Shown here in pieces: positions 47,511 to 58,976 of a stretch of DNA of 64,000 nt. The notes beneath the pieces are model-generated. The model saw nothing but the letters and a program-made list of their open reading frames with translations, had not been told where the DNA came from and searched no databases. Source of the stretch: an uncultured Oscillospiraceae bacterium (GTDB lineage: Bacteria > Bacillota > Clostridia > Oscillospirales > CAG-382). The DNA lies in contig CAZAJX010000004.1 of NCBI GenBank assembly GCA_964485815.1, positions 2,417-66,416 on the forward strand, in the 5' to 3' direction. Both the position numbers and the translations under genes were made by a program. Each line of letters begins with the position of its first letter. Positions within the stretch are counted from its first letter, which is position 1.

Positions 47511-49172
47511 ATGAACAGCAGTAAATACAGTATAGGATATTTTCCCGCACCGGGAAACCATTGTAAATGGGTAAACAAGGACCATATTGAAAAAGCACCC
47601 CGTTGGTGCAGTGTTGACCTGCGTGACGGCAACCAATCTCTTGTTATCCCTATGAGTCTTGAGGAAAAGCTTGAATTTTATAAGCTTTTGCTGGCGGTAG
47701 GATTTAAAGAGATCGAAGTGGGCTTTCCTGCGGCTTCCGAAACGGAATATGAATTTTTGCGTACACTTATCGAAAAAGATATGATCCCTTCGGACGTTAC
47801 CGTTCAGGTGCTTACCCAGTGCAGAGAACACATTATCCGCAAAACCTTTGATGCCTGCAAGGGTGCACCCAACGCAATTATTCATTTCTATAATTCCGTA
47901 AGCGTTGCCCAGCGTGAGCAGGTGTTCAGAAAATCCAAAGAAGAAATAAAGCAGATCGCTATTGACGGTGCGCGGCTTGTAAAACGCCTCGCATCCGAAT
48001 ATGAAGGCAATTTCCGCTTTGAATATTCTCCCGAAAGCTTTACGGGCACCGAGCCCGAATACGCTTTGGAGGTCTGCAACGCAGTTCTGGATGTGCTTGA
48101 GCCTTCCGAAACCAATAACGTTATCATTAATCTTCCCGTTACCGTGGAAATGAGTCTGCCTCACGTCTACGCTAACCAGGTTGAATATATGAGCGAAAAT
48201 CTCAAATACCGTGAATTTGTAACCCTTTCTCTCCATCCTCATAACGATAGAGGCACGGGCGTTGCGGATACCGAGCTTGCCTTGCTTGCAGGCGCGGACC
48301 GTGTCGAAGGTACTCTTTTCGGTAACGGCGAGCGCACGGGAAACGTGGATATCATTACTCTTGCAATGAATATGTATTCCCACGGCGTCGACCCCGAGCT
48401 TGATTTCTCCAATATGCCCGAAATCGTTGCAACCTACGAAAAATGCACACGTATGCACGTTTACGAAAGAAGTCCTTATGCAGGCGCATTGGTATTTGCC
48501 GCTTTTTCGGGAAGTCATCAGGATGCTATCGCAAAGGGTATGAAATGGCGTGAGGAAAAGAATCTTACACAGTGGACCGTTCCTTACATTCCCATCGATC
48601 CCAAGGATATAAACCGTACATACGATGCGGATGTTATCCGTGTCAATTCACAAAGCGGTAAAGGCGGTATCGGCTATCTGTTGGAGCAGACTTACGGCTA
48701 TGTTCTGCCTCCTAAAATGCGGGAGCATTTCAGCTATGCTTGCAAAAACGTATCCGATCACGACCACCGTGAGCTTAAGACTCACGATGTTTTGAAAGTG
48801 TTTACAGATAATTACCTTAATCTCGTGAGTCCCGTATCCATTTCCAATATGAGCTTTGTTCAGAAGGAAGGCGGAGTGGACGCATACGTTACCTTCAAAA
48901 AGGACGGCAAAAAGACTACCGTTCACACCCAAGGAAACGGCTCTCTCGATGCGGTAAGTAACGCACTGAAGGAATATACGGACGATACTTACGTTCTCAA
49001 GGTTTATACCGAGCACAGCTTGGAAGGCAAGAGCTCGGATGCCACAGCCGCCGCTTATATCGGAATTGAGGATAAAAGCGGTAATATGCACTGGGGTGCA
49101 GGTACGGATACCGATATTATCCGTGCAAGTATTCATGCATTGTTAAGTGCGTATAACAATATGATCAGATAA
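47511..49172 (+). CDS. leuA: 2-isopropylmalate synthase (long type)
   Basis: WCSVDLRDGNQ and HPHNDRGTG motifs; 553 aa. Confidence 0.9.
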   Translation: MNSSKYSIGYFPAPGNHCKWVNKDHIEKAPRWCSVDLRDGNQSLVIPMSLEEKLEFYKLLLAVGFKEIEVGFPAASETEYEFLRTLIEKDMIPSDVTVQVLTQCREHIIRKTFDACKGAPNAIIHFYNSVSVAQREQVFRKSKEEIKQIAIDGARLVKRLASEYEGNFRFEYSPESFTGTEPEYALEVCNAVLDVLEPSETNNVIINLPVTVEMSLPHVYANQVEYMSENLKYREFVTLSLHPHNDRGTGVADTELALLAGADRVEGTLFGNGERTGNVDIITLAMNMYSHGVDPELDFSNMPEIVATYEKCTRMHVYERSPYAGALVFAAFSGSHQDAIAKGMKWREEKNLTQWTVPYIPIDPKDINRTYDADVIRVNSQSGKGGIGYLLEQTYGYVLPPKMREHFSYACKNVSDHDHRELKTHDVLKVFTDNYLNLVSPVSISNMSFVQKEGGVDAYVTFKKDGKKTTVHTQGNGSLDAVSNALKEYTDDTYVLKVYTEHSLEGKSSDATAAAYIGIEDKSGNMHWGAGTDTDIIRASIHALLSAYNNMIR

Positions 49173-49187
49173 AAGGAGTCAATTACC

Positions 49188-50447
49188 ATGGGCATGACCA
49201 TGACTCAAAAAATACTCGCCGCCCACGCGGGACTTGAAAGTGTCAGTGCGGGACAGCTTATCAGCGCCAAGCTTGATATTGTTCTCGGTAACGATATTAC
49301 AACTCCCGTAGCGGTAAATGAATTCAAAAAAGCGGGATTTGATTCCGTTTTCAATAAAGATAAGATCGCTATAGTGCTGGATCACTTCGTTCCCAATAAG
49401 GATATTAAAGCCGCAGAGCAGTCCAAACAGTGCCGCGAATTTGCTCTTGCACATAGTGTAAGTCATTTTTATGACGTGGGCAAAATGGGCATAGAGCATG
49501 CGCTTCTTCCCGAGCAGGGCGTGGTTACCGCAGGCGATTGCATTATCGGCGCGGACAGCCACACTTGTACTTACGGCGCGCTGGGTGCTTTTTCCACGGG
49601 TGTGGGAAGCACGGATATGGCGGCAGGAATGGCAACGGGAACCGCTTGGTTCAAGGTGCCCTCCGCTATCAAGTTTGTTCTTAAAGGCAAGCTTTCTCCT
49701 TACTGCAGCGGCAAGGACGTTATACTTACTATCATAGGTATGATAGGTGTTGACGGCGCATTGTACCGCAGTATGGAATTTACGGGAGATGGAGTTGCCT
49801 CTCTCAGTATGGATGACCGTCTGTGCATTTGCAATATGGCTATCGAAGCGGGCGCAAAAAACGGAATTTTCCCCGTTGACGATATAACCAAGGAATATAT
49901 GGAAGGACGTTGTGAACGTACTCCCGTTATTTACGAGGCAGACGAGGACGCAGAATACGAGCGTGTTATCGAGATCGAGCTCGCTTCTATCGTTCCCACC
50001 GTTGCTTGCCCTCATCTTCCCGAAAACACTCATCCTGCCTGCGAATTGTCCGATATAAAGATCGATCAGGTCGTTATCGGAAGCTGTACCAACGGCAGAA
50101 TGGAGGATATGGAAGCAGCATTCAATATTCTTAACGGTAAAAAAATTGCAGATAACGTCCGTTGCATTATAATACCCGGAACGATGCAGATACTCCGCGA
50201 ATGTGTGGAAAGGGGATACGTTACCGCATTTATTGATGCGGGCGCAGTGGTTTCCACACCCACCTGCGGACCTTGCCTCGGAGGATATATGGGCATTCTC
50301 GCCGCCGGCGAACGTTGTATTGCCACTACCAACAGAAACTTTGTGGGCAGAATGGGACACGTTGAAAGCGAAGTGTATCTCGCTTCTCCCGCAACTGCCG
50401 CCGCAAGCGCCCTTACGGGATATATTACCGATCCGACGGAGGAATAG
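49188..50447 (+). CDS. leuC: 3-isopropylmalate dehydratase large subunit
   Basis: Aconitase-family Fe-S ligand motifs (GADSHT, GSCTNGR, CGPCLG). Confidence 0.92.
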   Translation: MGMTMTQKILAAHAGLESVSAGQLISAKLDIVLGNDITTPVAVNEFKKAGFDSVFNKDKIAIVLDHFVPNKDIKAAEQSKQCREFALAHSVSHFYDVGKMGIEHALLPEQGVVTAGDCIIGADSHTCTYGALGAFSTGVGSTDMAAGMATGTAWFKVPSAIKFVLKGKLSPYCSGKDVILTIIGMIGVDGALYRSMEFTGDGVASLSMDDRLCICNMAIEAGAKNGIFPVDDITKEYMEGRCERTPVIYEADEDAEYERVIEIELASIVPTVACPHLPENTHPACELSDIKIDQVVIGSCTNGRMEDMEAAFNILNGKKIADNVRCIIIPGTMQILRECVERGYVTAFIDAGAVVSTPTCGPCLGGYMGILAAGERCIATTNRNFVGRMGHVESEVYLASPATAAASALTGYITDPTEE

Positions 50448-50450
50448 TTA

Positions 50451-50936
50451 ATGGAAACAAAAGGAAAAGTTTTTAAATATCCGGATAACGTGGATACCGA
50501 TGTTATCATTCCTGCCCGCTACCTTAATACTTCGGATGCAAAGGAGCTTGCAAAGCATTGTATGGAGGATATCGACAATACCTTCGTTACCCGTGTAAAC
50601 GCAGGAGATATAATCGTAGCAGGATGGAACTTCGGCTGCGGCTCTTCCCGTGAACACGCGCCGTTGGTTATCAAGACCTGCGGAACCGGTTGTGTTATTG
50701 CAAAGAGCTTTGCCCGTATCTTTTACCGCAATGCCATAAATATCGGTATGCCGATATTGGAGTGTGAAGAAGCGGCAGACGAGATCGAGGACGGAGATCA
50801 GGTTTCCGTTGATTTCGATACCGGAATAATAACCAATCTTACCAAAAACAAAACTTATAAAGCGCAACCGTTTCCGTCCTTTATACAGAATATCATTCAA
50901 AAAGGCGGATTACTTACCTCTCTTAAGGAAGGCTGA
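50451..50936 (+). CDS. leuD: 3-isopropylmalate dehydratase small subunit
   Basis: [11 protein letters not shown] motif; 161 aa. Confidence 0.92.
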   Translation: METKGKVFKYPDNVDTDVIIPARYLNTSDAKELAKHCMEDIDNTFVTRVNAGDIIVAGWNFGCGSSREHAPLVIKTCGTGCVIAKSFARIFYRNAINIGMPILECEEAADEIEDGDQVSVDFDTGIITNLTKNKTYKAQPFPSFIQNIIQKGGLLTSLKEG

Positions 50937-50941
50937 TAAAT

Positions 50942-52027
50942 ATGCAAAAGAATATAGCCGTTATCCGCGGCGACGGTATCGGTCCGGAAATAGTCGATCA
51001 GGCATTAAACGTGCTTAATAAGATCGGCGAGCTTTACGGTCATACCTTTAAATATAAAGATGTGGATATGGGCGGATGCGCCATAGATAAGTGGGGAGAT
51101 CCGCTTCCCGCAGAAATGCTTGATAAATGCGTTAATTCCGACAGCGTGCTTTTAGGTGCCGTCGGCGGTCCCAAGTGGAACGATGTCCCGGGAAATATGC
51201 GTCCCGAAAAAGGACTTTTAAGACTCCGTGCGGGAATGGGCGTTTACAGCAACAACCGCCCTGCAAAGATATGGCGCCAGCTTGCAAGCGCATCGCCTTT
51301 GAAAGAATCTATCGTAAACAAAGGTATAGATTTTATCATAGTACGCGAGCTTATCGGCGGAATATATTTCGGCAAGCATCAAACCGAAACAGTAGACGGA
51401 GAAAAAGTAGCAATAGACGAGCTTAAATATTCCGAAAGCGAGATCGAGCGTATCGGCAGGATCGGTTTTGAAACCGCTATGAAGCGTGGTAAAAAGCTTT
51501 GCTCTGTGGAAAAGAGCAACGTTCTGGATTCCAGCCGACTGTGGAAGTCAGTTATGCACCGTCTTGCCGCCGAATATCCCGAAGTTGAGCTTACCGATAT
51601 GCTGGTGGACAATTGCGCAATGCAGATAGTTAAAGATCCTTCTCAGTTTGACGTTGTTGTTACCGAGAATATGTTCGGAGATATACTGTCCGATGAAGCT
51701 TCTATGATCACAGGTTCTATCGGAATGATTCCTTCTTCCAGCTTGGGAGCAACCAAGTGCGGTTTATACGAGCCCATTCACGGTTCTGCGCCCGATATTG
51801 CGGGAACGGATAAAGCAAACCCCATCGGAACCATACTTTCCGCAGCAATGATGTTTCGTTTCAGCTTCGATATGAGCGAGGAAGCGGATGCAATAGAAGA
51901 TGCGGTTTCCGCAGTGCTTGATGCGGGATACAGAACAGGGGATATTTTCTCTTCCGACGAAGGTCTTACTCTCGTCGGTTGCAAAGAGATGGGTAGACTT
52001 ATTACAGAAAATATACGGAAAGGATAA
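50942..52027 (+). CDS. leuB: 3-isopropylmalate dehydrogenase
   Basis: NMFGDILSDEAS signature; 361 aa. Confidence 0.92.
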   Translation: MQKNIAVIRGDGIGPEIVDQALNVLNKIGELYGHTFKYKDVDMGGCAIDKWGDPLPAEMLDKCVNSDSVLLGAVGGPKWNDVPGNMRPEKGLLRLRAGMGVYSNNRPAKIWRQLASASPLKESIVNKGIDFIIVRELIGGIYFGKHQTETVDGEKVAIDELKYSESEIERIGRIGFETAMKRGKKLCSVEKSNVLDSSRLWKSVMHRLAAEYPEVELTDMLVDNCAMQIVKDPSQFDVVVTENMFGDILSDEASMITGSIGMIPSSSLGATKCGLYEPIHGSAPDIAGTDKANPIGTILSAAMMFRFSFDMSEEADAIEDAVSAVLDAGYRTGDIFSSDEGLTLVGCKEMGRLITENIRKG

Positions 52028-52032
52028 CACGA

Positions 52033-53700
52033 ATGTTACTTTCAGGAGCAGATATAATCGTTCGCACGTTGATAGAGCAGGGATGCGACGTTGTTTTCGG
52101 ATACCCCGGCGGACAGATAATCAACGTGTACGATTCATTATATAAATACAGCGATGAGCTTAAACACGTGCTTACCGCTCACGAACAGGGTGCCGCCCAT
52201 GCGGCTGACGGATACGCTCGCGCCACGGGTAAGGTAGGTGTTGTAATCGCAACCTCAGGTCCCGGTGCAACCAATCTTGTTACCGGTATCGCAACAGCTT
52301 ATATTGATTCCGTTCCTCTCGTTGCCATAACGGGTAACGTTCCCAATTCGGTTATCGGTACGGATGGATTTCAGGAAATAGATATTACGGGTATAACCCT
52401 TCCTATTACCAAGCACAACTATTTCGTTGGAAGTATAGAAGACCTTGCGGATACCATCCGTGAGGCATTCAGAATAGCTTCCTCGGGAAGACCGGGTCCC
52501 GTACTTATCGATGTACCCAAGGACGTTCAGATTGCCAAATACAAGTACGAGCCTATGCCTAAGGTGGAAAAGGACGTTAAAAACGCCGCAAAGGATATTC
52601 GCATACAGCAGGCGGCTGAATGTATAAATAACGCAGAAAAGCCTTTTATATATTTCGGCGGCGGTCTTATCTCCGGCGATGCCCGTGAAGAGGTGCTTGA
52701 GCTGGCTGAGCTTATAGACGCACCCATCGGCTGTTCTATGATGGGTATATCAGGCGTTCCCACAGATCATCCCCGCTTTTTGGGTATGCAGGGTATGCAC
52801 GGTCATTACGCTTGCTCAATGTCCATGCACAACGCGGATTGCATTATAGCTTTGGGCGCAAGATTTAACGATCGAGTTACCGGCAACCGTGCGAAGTTCG
52901 CAAAAAAAGCAAAGATCGTTCATATCGATATCGACGGAGCAGAGCTTTCAAAAACAGTAGAGCCTACCCACGGTCTTCGCGGCGACGTAAAGCTTACTCT
53001 TCAAAAGCTCATTCCTTTGCTTAATAAGGCTGTCCGTCCCGAATGGCAGGCTATTGTTGATCGGTTCAAAGCCGATGAAGCCGCAGGGCTTGATTCCAGA
53101 GAGGGAATGACTCCCAGAAACGTTATAAATACCCTTAACAAATATCTTGATGCGGATACTCCCGTTGCAACCGACGTTGGACAGCATCAGATGTGGTCAG
53201 CACAATATCTTAAATTCACCAACAGCCGCAGATTTATTTCCAGCGGCGGTCTGGGAACTATGGGCTTCGGTCTTGGTGCGGCTATCGGCGCACAGCTGGG
53301 TTCAAAGCAAAGAAGTGTCCTCGTTACAGGCGACGGAAGCTTCGGTATGTGCCTTAACGAAATGGCAACGGCTGTAAGCGAGAATTTGCCTGTGGTTATT
53401 CTTATAATGAACAACGGCGTACTTGGTATGGTTCGCCAGTGGCAGACCTTGTTCTTTGATAAACATTATTCCAACACCGTACTTGACAGACAGACTGATT
53501 TCGTCAAGCTTGCGGAGGCGTTCGGCGCAAAAGCAAGCCGCGCTTTGACTTTGGATGAGTTGGACAATGCTCTTGCGGAGGCTTTCAGCCATAACGGACC
53601 TTATCTTATCGATTGCGCTATCGATAAAGACGAGTTTGTGCTTCCCATGCTTCCTCCCGGCGGCTCTATGGACGATATTATTGTAAAGATAGGAGACTGA
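52033..53700 (+). CDS. ilvB: acetolactate synthase large subunit
   Basis: ThDP-binding motif GGLGTMGFGLGAAIGA...GDGSF...NN; 555 aa. Confidence 0.92.
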   Translation: MLLSGADIIVRTLIEQGCDVVFGYPGGQIINVYDSLYKYSDELKHVLTAHEQGAAHAADGYARATGKVGVVIATSGPGATNLVTGIATAYIDSVPLVAITGNVPNSVIGTDGFQEIDITGITLPITKHNYFVGSIEDLADTIREAFRIASSGRPGPVLIDVPKDVQIAKYKYEPMPKVEKDVKNAAKDIRIQQAAECINNAEKPFIYFGGGLISGDAREEVLELAELIDAPIGCSMMGISGVPTDHPRFLGMQGMHGHYACSMSMHNADCIIALGARFNDRVTGNRAKFAKKAKIVHIDIDGAELSKTVEPTHGLRGDVKLTLQKLIPLLNKAVRPEWQAIVDRFKADEAAGLDSREGMTPRNVINTLNKYLDADTPVATDVGQHQMWSAQYLKFTNSRRFISSGGLGTMGFGLGAAIGAQLGSKQRSVLVTGDGSFGMCLNEMATAVSENLPVVILIMNNGVLGMVRQWQTLFFDKHYSNTVLDRQTDFVKLAEAFGAKASRALTLDELDNALAEAFSHNGPYLIDCAIDKDEFVLPMLPPGGSMDDIIVKIGD

Positions 53701-53702
53701 TT

Positions 53703-54212
53703 ATGGATAACAGATTTACAGTTGCAATTCTTGTTAACAACCAATTCGGTGTCCTTAACCGTGTTACAAGTATGTTCCGCCGCAGACAGTTCAATATAAG
53801 CGCACTTACGGTGAGTGAAACGGAATCAGCAAAATATTCCCGTATCACCGTGCTTTCCGAGGGTGACGAGATAAGCAAACAACAGCTTATAAATCAGCTT
53901 TACAAGCTTCCCGACGTTTGCTCTATTGTTGAGCTTAACCCTGCGGAAACCGTAAGCAGAGAGCTTTTGCTTGTAAAGTTAGCCAACGATCCCGAAACGA
54001 GAAACGACGTTCGCGCCGCTGTTGACGCGTTTGAGGGTAAGATAGTTGACTACACCCGTGAAACCACAATGATACAAATGGTAGGGGATAGCCACAAAAT
54101 TGATGCTTTCATCAACCTTTTACGCGATTACGAGATCCTTGAGATCTGCCGTACGGGAGCCGCATCTCTTGAACGGGGCGACACAACCATTCGAAAAATT
54201 ACAAATCTTTAA
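53703..54212 (+). CDS. ilvN: acetolactate synthase small (regulatory) subunit
   Basis: ACT domain N-terminus (FTVAILVNNQFGVLNRV); 169 aa; follows ilvB. Confidence 0.9.
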   Translation: MDNRFTVAILVNNQFGVLNRVTSMFRRRQFNISALTVSETESAKYSRITVLSEGDEISKQQLINQLYKLPDVCSIVELNPAETVSRELLLVKLANDPETRNDVRAAVDAFEGKIVDYTRETTMIQMVGDSHKIDAFINLLRDYEILEICRTGAASLERGDTTIRKITNL

Positions 54213-54230
54213 TATATAAAAAAGAGGTAA

Positions 54231-55253
<1,023 letters not shown>

Positions 55254-55267
55254 TCATTTTAAATATC

Positions 55268-55292
55268 CCCGGAGAGTGCTTTTCTCTCCGGG
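55268..55292 (+). terminator. hairpin between ilvC and ilvD (weak or partial terminator, or a processing site)
   Basis: 9-bp stem CCCGGAGAG / CTCTCCGGG with a 7-nt loop. Followed by ATTTCCCATTT, a poor U-tract. Confidence 0.4.
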
Positions 55293-55323
55293 ATTTCCCA
55301 TTTAGATAAAAAGAGGAATTAAT

Positions 55324-56973
55324 ATGGAAAAAATTATAAAAGGCGCAGGCAACGCTCCCCACAGATCACTTTATCACGCTTTGGGAATGACAAACGAAGA
55401 GCTTGATAAGCCTATGATCGGTATAGTAAGCTCGTATAACGAGATCGTGCCCGGACATATGAATCTTGATAAGATCGTCGAAGCGGTGCGTATCGGCGTG
55501 GCAATGGCAGGCGGAAATCCCGTTGTATTTCCCGCTATCGCCGTATGCGACGGTATAGCAATGGGACACGAGGGTATGAAATACTCTCTCGTTACTCGTG
55601 ATCTTATTGCGGATTCTACGGAAGCAATGGTTCGCGCTCACGGATTTGATGCTCTCGTTATGGTTCCCAACTGTGATAAAAACGTTCCCGGTCTGCTTAT
55701 GGCTGCGGCACGTCTTAATATACCCACTGTTTTTGTTAGCGGCGGTCCTATGCTTGCAGGCAGAGTAGGCGGCAAAAAGCGCAGCCTTTCCAGTATGTTT
55801 GAGGCTGTGGGACAGTATAACGCAGGTAAAATAGGCGAATGTGAGCTTGAAGAATTTGAATGTAAGGTTTGTCCTACCTGCGGTTCCTGCTCGGGGATGT
55901 ATACAGCAAACTCAATGAACTGTCTTACCGAAGTTCTCGGAATGGGACTTAAAGGCAACGGTACTATTCCCGCAGTATATTCTGCCCGCATCGAGCTGGC
56001 AAAGCACGCAGGTATGGCAGTTATGGAAATGCTTGAAAAGAATATCCGTCCTCTGGATATTATGACAGAAAAAGCATTTATGAACGCCCTTGCAGTTGAT
56101 ATGGCTTTGGGTTGCTCTACCAACAGTATGCTTCATCTTCCCGCTATTGCTCACGAATGCGGAATAGATATCGATCTTGATATTGCCAACGGTATAAGTG
56201 CGAAAACTCCCAACCTTTGCCACCTTGCTCCCGCAGGTCCTACCTATATGGAAGATCTTAACGAAGCGGGCGGTGTTTACGCTGTTATGAACGAGCTTAC
56301 AAAGAAAGATCTCCTTTATACGGATTGCATTACCGTAACCGGTAAAACGGTGGGCGAAAATATCGCAAACTGTGTTAATCTCGATCCCGAGGTTATCCGT
56401 CCCGTTGAAGCACCTTTCAGCGGAACGGGCGGCATAGCTGTACTTAAAGGTAACCTCGCACCCGAAGGTAGTGTTGTAAAGCGTTCTGCTGTTCTTCCCG
56501 AAATGCTGGTACACGAAGGTCCTGCCCGTGTGTTTGAATGTGAAGAGGACGCTCAGGCGGCTATTGATGCCGGCAAGATAAACCCGGGTGATGTTGTGGT
56601 TATCCGTTACGAAGGCCCCAAGGGCGGTCCCGGTATGCGTGAAATGCTTAATCCCACCTCTGCAATTATGGGTATGGGACTGGGCAATTCCGTTGCTCTT
56701 ATTACTGACGGACGCTTCAGCGGCGCTACAAGAGGCGCGTGTATCGGCCACGTTTCTCCCGAAGCAGCTTCGGGCGGTGCTATCGGTATCGTAAAAGAGG
56801 GCGATATTATCAGCATAAATATTCCTGAAAATACTCTTGAACTTAAGATAAGTGATGAGGAATTTGCTTCCCGTATGGCAGCCTTTGTTCCCAAGACAAA
56901 GCCTCTCTCCGGTTATCTCAAACGCTATGCCGCATTGGTTTCCAGCGGTGCGAAAGGTGCGATACTTAACTGA
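55324..56973 (+). CDS. ilvD: dihydroxy-acid dehydratase
   Basis: Motifs CDKNVPG and [15 protein letters not shown]; 549 aa. Confidence 0.93.
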   Translation: MEKIIKGAGNAPHRSLYHALGMTNEELDKPMIGIVSSYNEIVPGHMNLDKIVEAVRIGVAMAGGNPVVFPAIAVCDGIAMGHEGMKYSLVTRDLIADSTEAMVRAHGFDALVMVPNCDKNVPGLLMAAARLNIPTVFVSGGPMLAGRVGGKKRSLSSMFEAVGQYNAGKIGECELEEFECKVCPTCGSCSGMYTANSMNCLTEVLGMGLKGNGTIPAVYSARIELAKHAGMAVMEMLEKNIRPLDIMTEKAFMNALAVDMALGCSTNSMLHLPAIAHECGIDIDLDIANGISAKTPNLCHLAPAGPTYMEDLNEAGGVYAVMNELTKKDLLYTDCITVTGKTVGENIANCVNLDPEVIRPVEAPFSGTGGIAVLKGNLAPEGSVVKRSAVLPEMLVHEGPARVFECEEDAQAAIDAGKINPGDVVVIRYEGPKGGPGMREMLNPTSAIMGMGLGNSVALITDGRFSGATRGACIGHVSPEAASGGAIGIVKEGDIISINIPENTLELKISDEEFASRMAAFVPKTKPLSGYLKRYAALVSSGAKGAILN

Positions 56974-58166
56974 TGAGCGCAGTAAATTTAAAGGAAATAT
57001 ATACAAATCTGCTTTCTCTTGCAGTATTTCCCGGATTGCTGGAGGACAGCGTTATCTGCGCGCTGTGTGATTTTCTTTGCACGGAAGATAACGTAGATGA
57101 CCGCGTTTCCGAGTATTCGAATTTCGTGTCAAAGGTGTTTTCTTGCAGAAATTCTTTTGCTTGCCATTTGCAAAACATTGTAAATGACGACGAGAACGTG
57201 TATATACGTACCATCAGCGCAGGGAAGATACCCTCTAAGGCTTTGGAAAACGCCGTAACGGCAGAACTCGGTATTCTTCAAAGAGTTTCCGAAATTACTC
57301 CCGAAATGCTTAAAGAGGTTATCGATTACCACGGTTATCTTCCCGAATTTGATGTGGAATCTGTAGACATCCCGGGCGAATACAGATATCGTTGTGAAAA
57401 TGTAAACAGATTCGGTTACGGCATTTACTCAAAATATAAAATGTTTTATCTGGATGATGACCGACATATCGTTCCCGTTAAAAATCCCGATAGCATCTCC
57501 CTTTCCGAGCTTGTGGATTATAAAAACGAGCAAAAGGTTATTTTGCAAAACACGTTAGCTCTTCTTGAAGGAAAGCCTGCAGCCAATATTTTGCTTACCG
57601 GTGATGCCGGCACAGGCAAATCCTCCACCATAAAGGCAGTTGCTAACGAGCTGTACGAAAAAGGTTTGCGTATTCTTGAAGTGCGCAAGGAACAGCTTTA
57701 CGCACTTCCCGAGATTTTGGATCAATTAAGCGAAAATCCCTTGAAGTTTATTATTTTCGTTGACGATCTCTCCTTCCGTGAGGATGACGATAATTTCGGC
57801 GCGCTTAAAGCCATACTCGAAGGAAGCGTTTCCGCACGGTCTGGCAACGTGGTGATATATGCCACCAGCAACCGCCGCCATCTGGTTAAGGAAACCTTCT
57901 CGGGCAGAGAGGGGGACGATGTTCACCGTAACGATACTATGCAGGAGATACTTTCTCTTTCCGCACGTTTCGGCATTCACCTTTCCTTTTATAAGCCCAA
58001 TAAGGAAACCTATCTGCACATCGTTATCCACCTTGCCGAGGAAAAAGGCATTTCAATGCCCAAAGACGAAATGTACGTTCTTGCAGAGCGCTTTGCGCTG
58101 GAAAAGGGCGGTAGAAGCGCAAGAGCGGCAAAACAGTTTGTGGATAGCCTTATTACAAAACAATAG
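56973..58166 (+). CDS. DUF815-type AAA ATPase
   Basis: Walker A GDAGTGKSS, Walker B FIIFVDDLSF. Overall layout resembles the DUF815 ATP-binding family. ATG overlaps the ilvD TGA by 1 nt. Confidence 0.7.
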   Translation: MSAVNLKEIYTNLLSLAVFPGLLEDSVICALCDFLCTEDNVDDRVSEYSNFVSKVFSCRNSFACHLQNIVNDDENVYIRTISAGKIPSKALENAVTAELGILQRVSEITPEMLKEVIDYHGYLPEFDVESVDIPGEYRYRCENVNRFGYGIYSKYKMFYLDDDRHIVPVKNPDSISLSELVDYKNEQKVILQNTLALLEGKPAANILLTGDAGTGKSSTIKAVANELYEKGLRILEVRKEQLYALPEILDQLSENPLKFIIFVDDLSFREDDDNFGALKAILEGSVSARSGNVVIYATSNRRHLVKETFSGREGDDVHRNDTMQEILSLSARFGIHLSFYKPNKETYLHIVIHLAEEKGISMPKDEMYVLAERFALEKGGRSARAAKQFVDSLITKQ

Positions 58167-58172
58167 TTTTAA

Positions 58173-58211
58173 AAAGCTTTTCTGTGGTTGTGCGGAAAAG
58201 CTTTATTTTTT
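58173..58211 (+). terminator. intrinsic terminator ending the ilv-leu cluster
   Basis: 10-bp stem AAAGCTTTTC (58173-58182) pairs with GAAAAGCTTT (58195-58204). ATTTTTT follows. Confidence 0.7.
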
Positions 58212-58223
58212 ATGTCATAGGTA

Positions 58224-58252
58224 TTGAAACCGTAATATGTTAATGATATAAT
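58224..58252 (+). promoter_or_regulatory. candidate sigma-A promoter (TTGAAA-17 bp-TATAAT)
   Basis: TTGAAA at 58224-58229, 17-nt spacer, TATAAT at 58247-58252. Confidence 0.5.
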
Positions 58253-58275
58253 ATAAAACGAAAGGTGGGTTGAAA

Positions 58276-58962
58276 ATGGACCGAAATAATGAAAAAATAA
58301 CATATACCACGTTTAAACATGATTTAATGCTTTCCGTTATTTTCGGAATATCCGTTACTTTTTTAATAGCATTCGCCTCTCTTATGCTGTACGTTGCGAT
58401 TGTTATATTACCCGAAGAGATAACCTTTGCTCCGGGTAGAATCGCCCTCGCGTTCGGCACGGTTTTTGTGGGAATTTTCCTTTTGATCGTTGTTATAGTT
58501 ACCGGATGGCAGTTCGTTTCTCACTGTGGTTTGTTCAGGACAGATTATATATTCGATACCGATGGAATACACGCAAAAGGTCTGTTTAAAAGACAATTTA
58601 TGCCCTGGTCCAAGGTAAAGGATTTTGGTTTTTCCTACGTTATGTACAAACGGGAGTATAGACGTTATTCCCGCTATTCGAGAGGTAAATGGTTAATAAA
58701 AACCGGCAGAATTTATAAAGTCTATTTTTCCGATACAGCGTGCAAATCATTGCCCAATGCGCAAAAAGAGCTTAAAGGAAAGCTTATTAATTTTTACATA
58801 GAGTTTCCTTTATCCACTCCTGCTGTAGAAAACTATCAAGGTATGACGTGGGTGCGTGATTTTATTGAATACGCAGAAAACAAAACGGAAATTAAAGCCC
58901 ACGTTCCGGGATACGTTCATCCTTTTTTATATCCCGAGAGAGTTAATGACATTACCGAATAA
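58276..58962 (+). CDS. hypothetical membrane protein (2 TM hairpin plus ~140-aa basic/aromatic C-terminal domain)
   Basis: ATG 58276 is 7 nt after GGTGG. TM helices LMLSVIFGISVTFLIAFASLMLYVAIVIL and IALAFGTVFVGIFLLIVVIVTGW. GC is low relative to the neighbours. Confidence 0.6.
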   Translation: MDRNNEKITYTTFKHDLMLSVIFGISVTFLIAFASLMLYVAIVILPEEITFAPGRIALAFGTVFVGIFLLIVVIVTGWQFVSHCGLFRTDYIFDTDGIHAKGLFKRQFMPWSKVKDFGFSYVMYKREYRRYSRYSRGKWLIKTGRIYKVYFSDTACKSLPNAQKELKGKLINFYIEFPLSTPAVENYQGMTWVRDFIEYAENKTEIKAHVPGYVHPFLYPERVNDITE

Positions 58963-58976
58963 AGGACGAATTTGTT

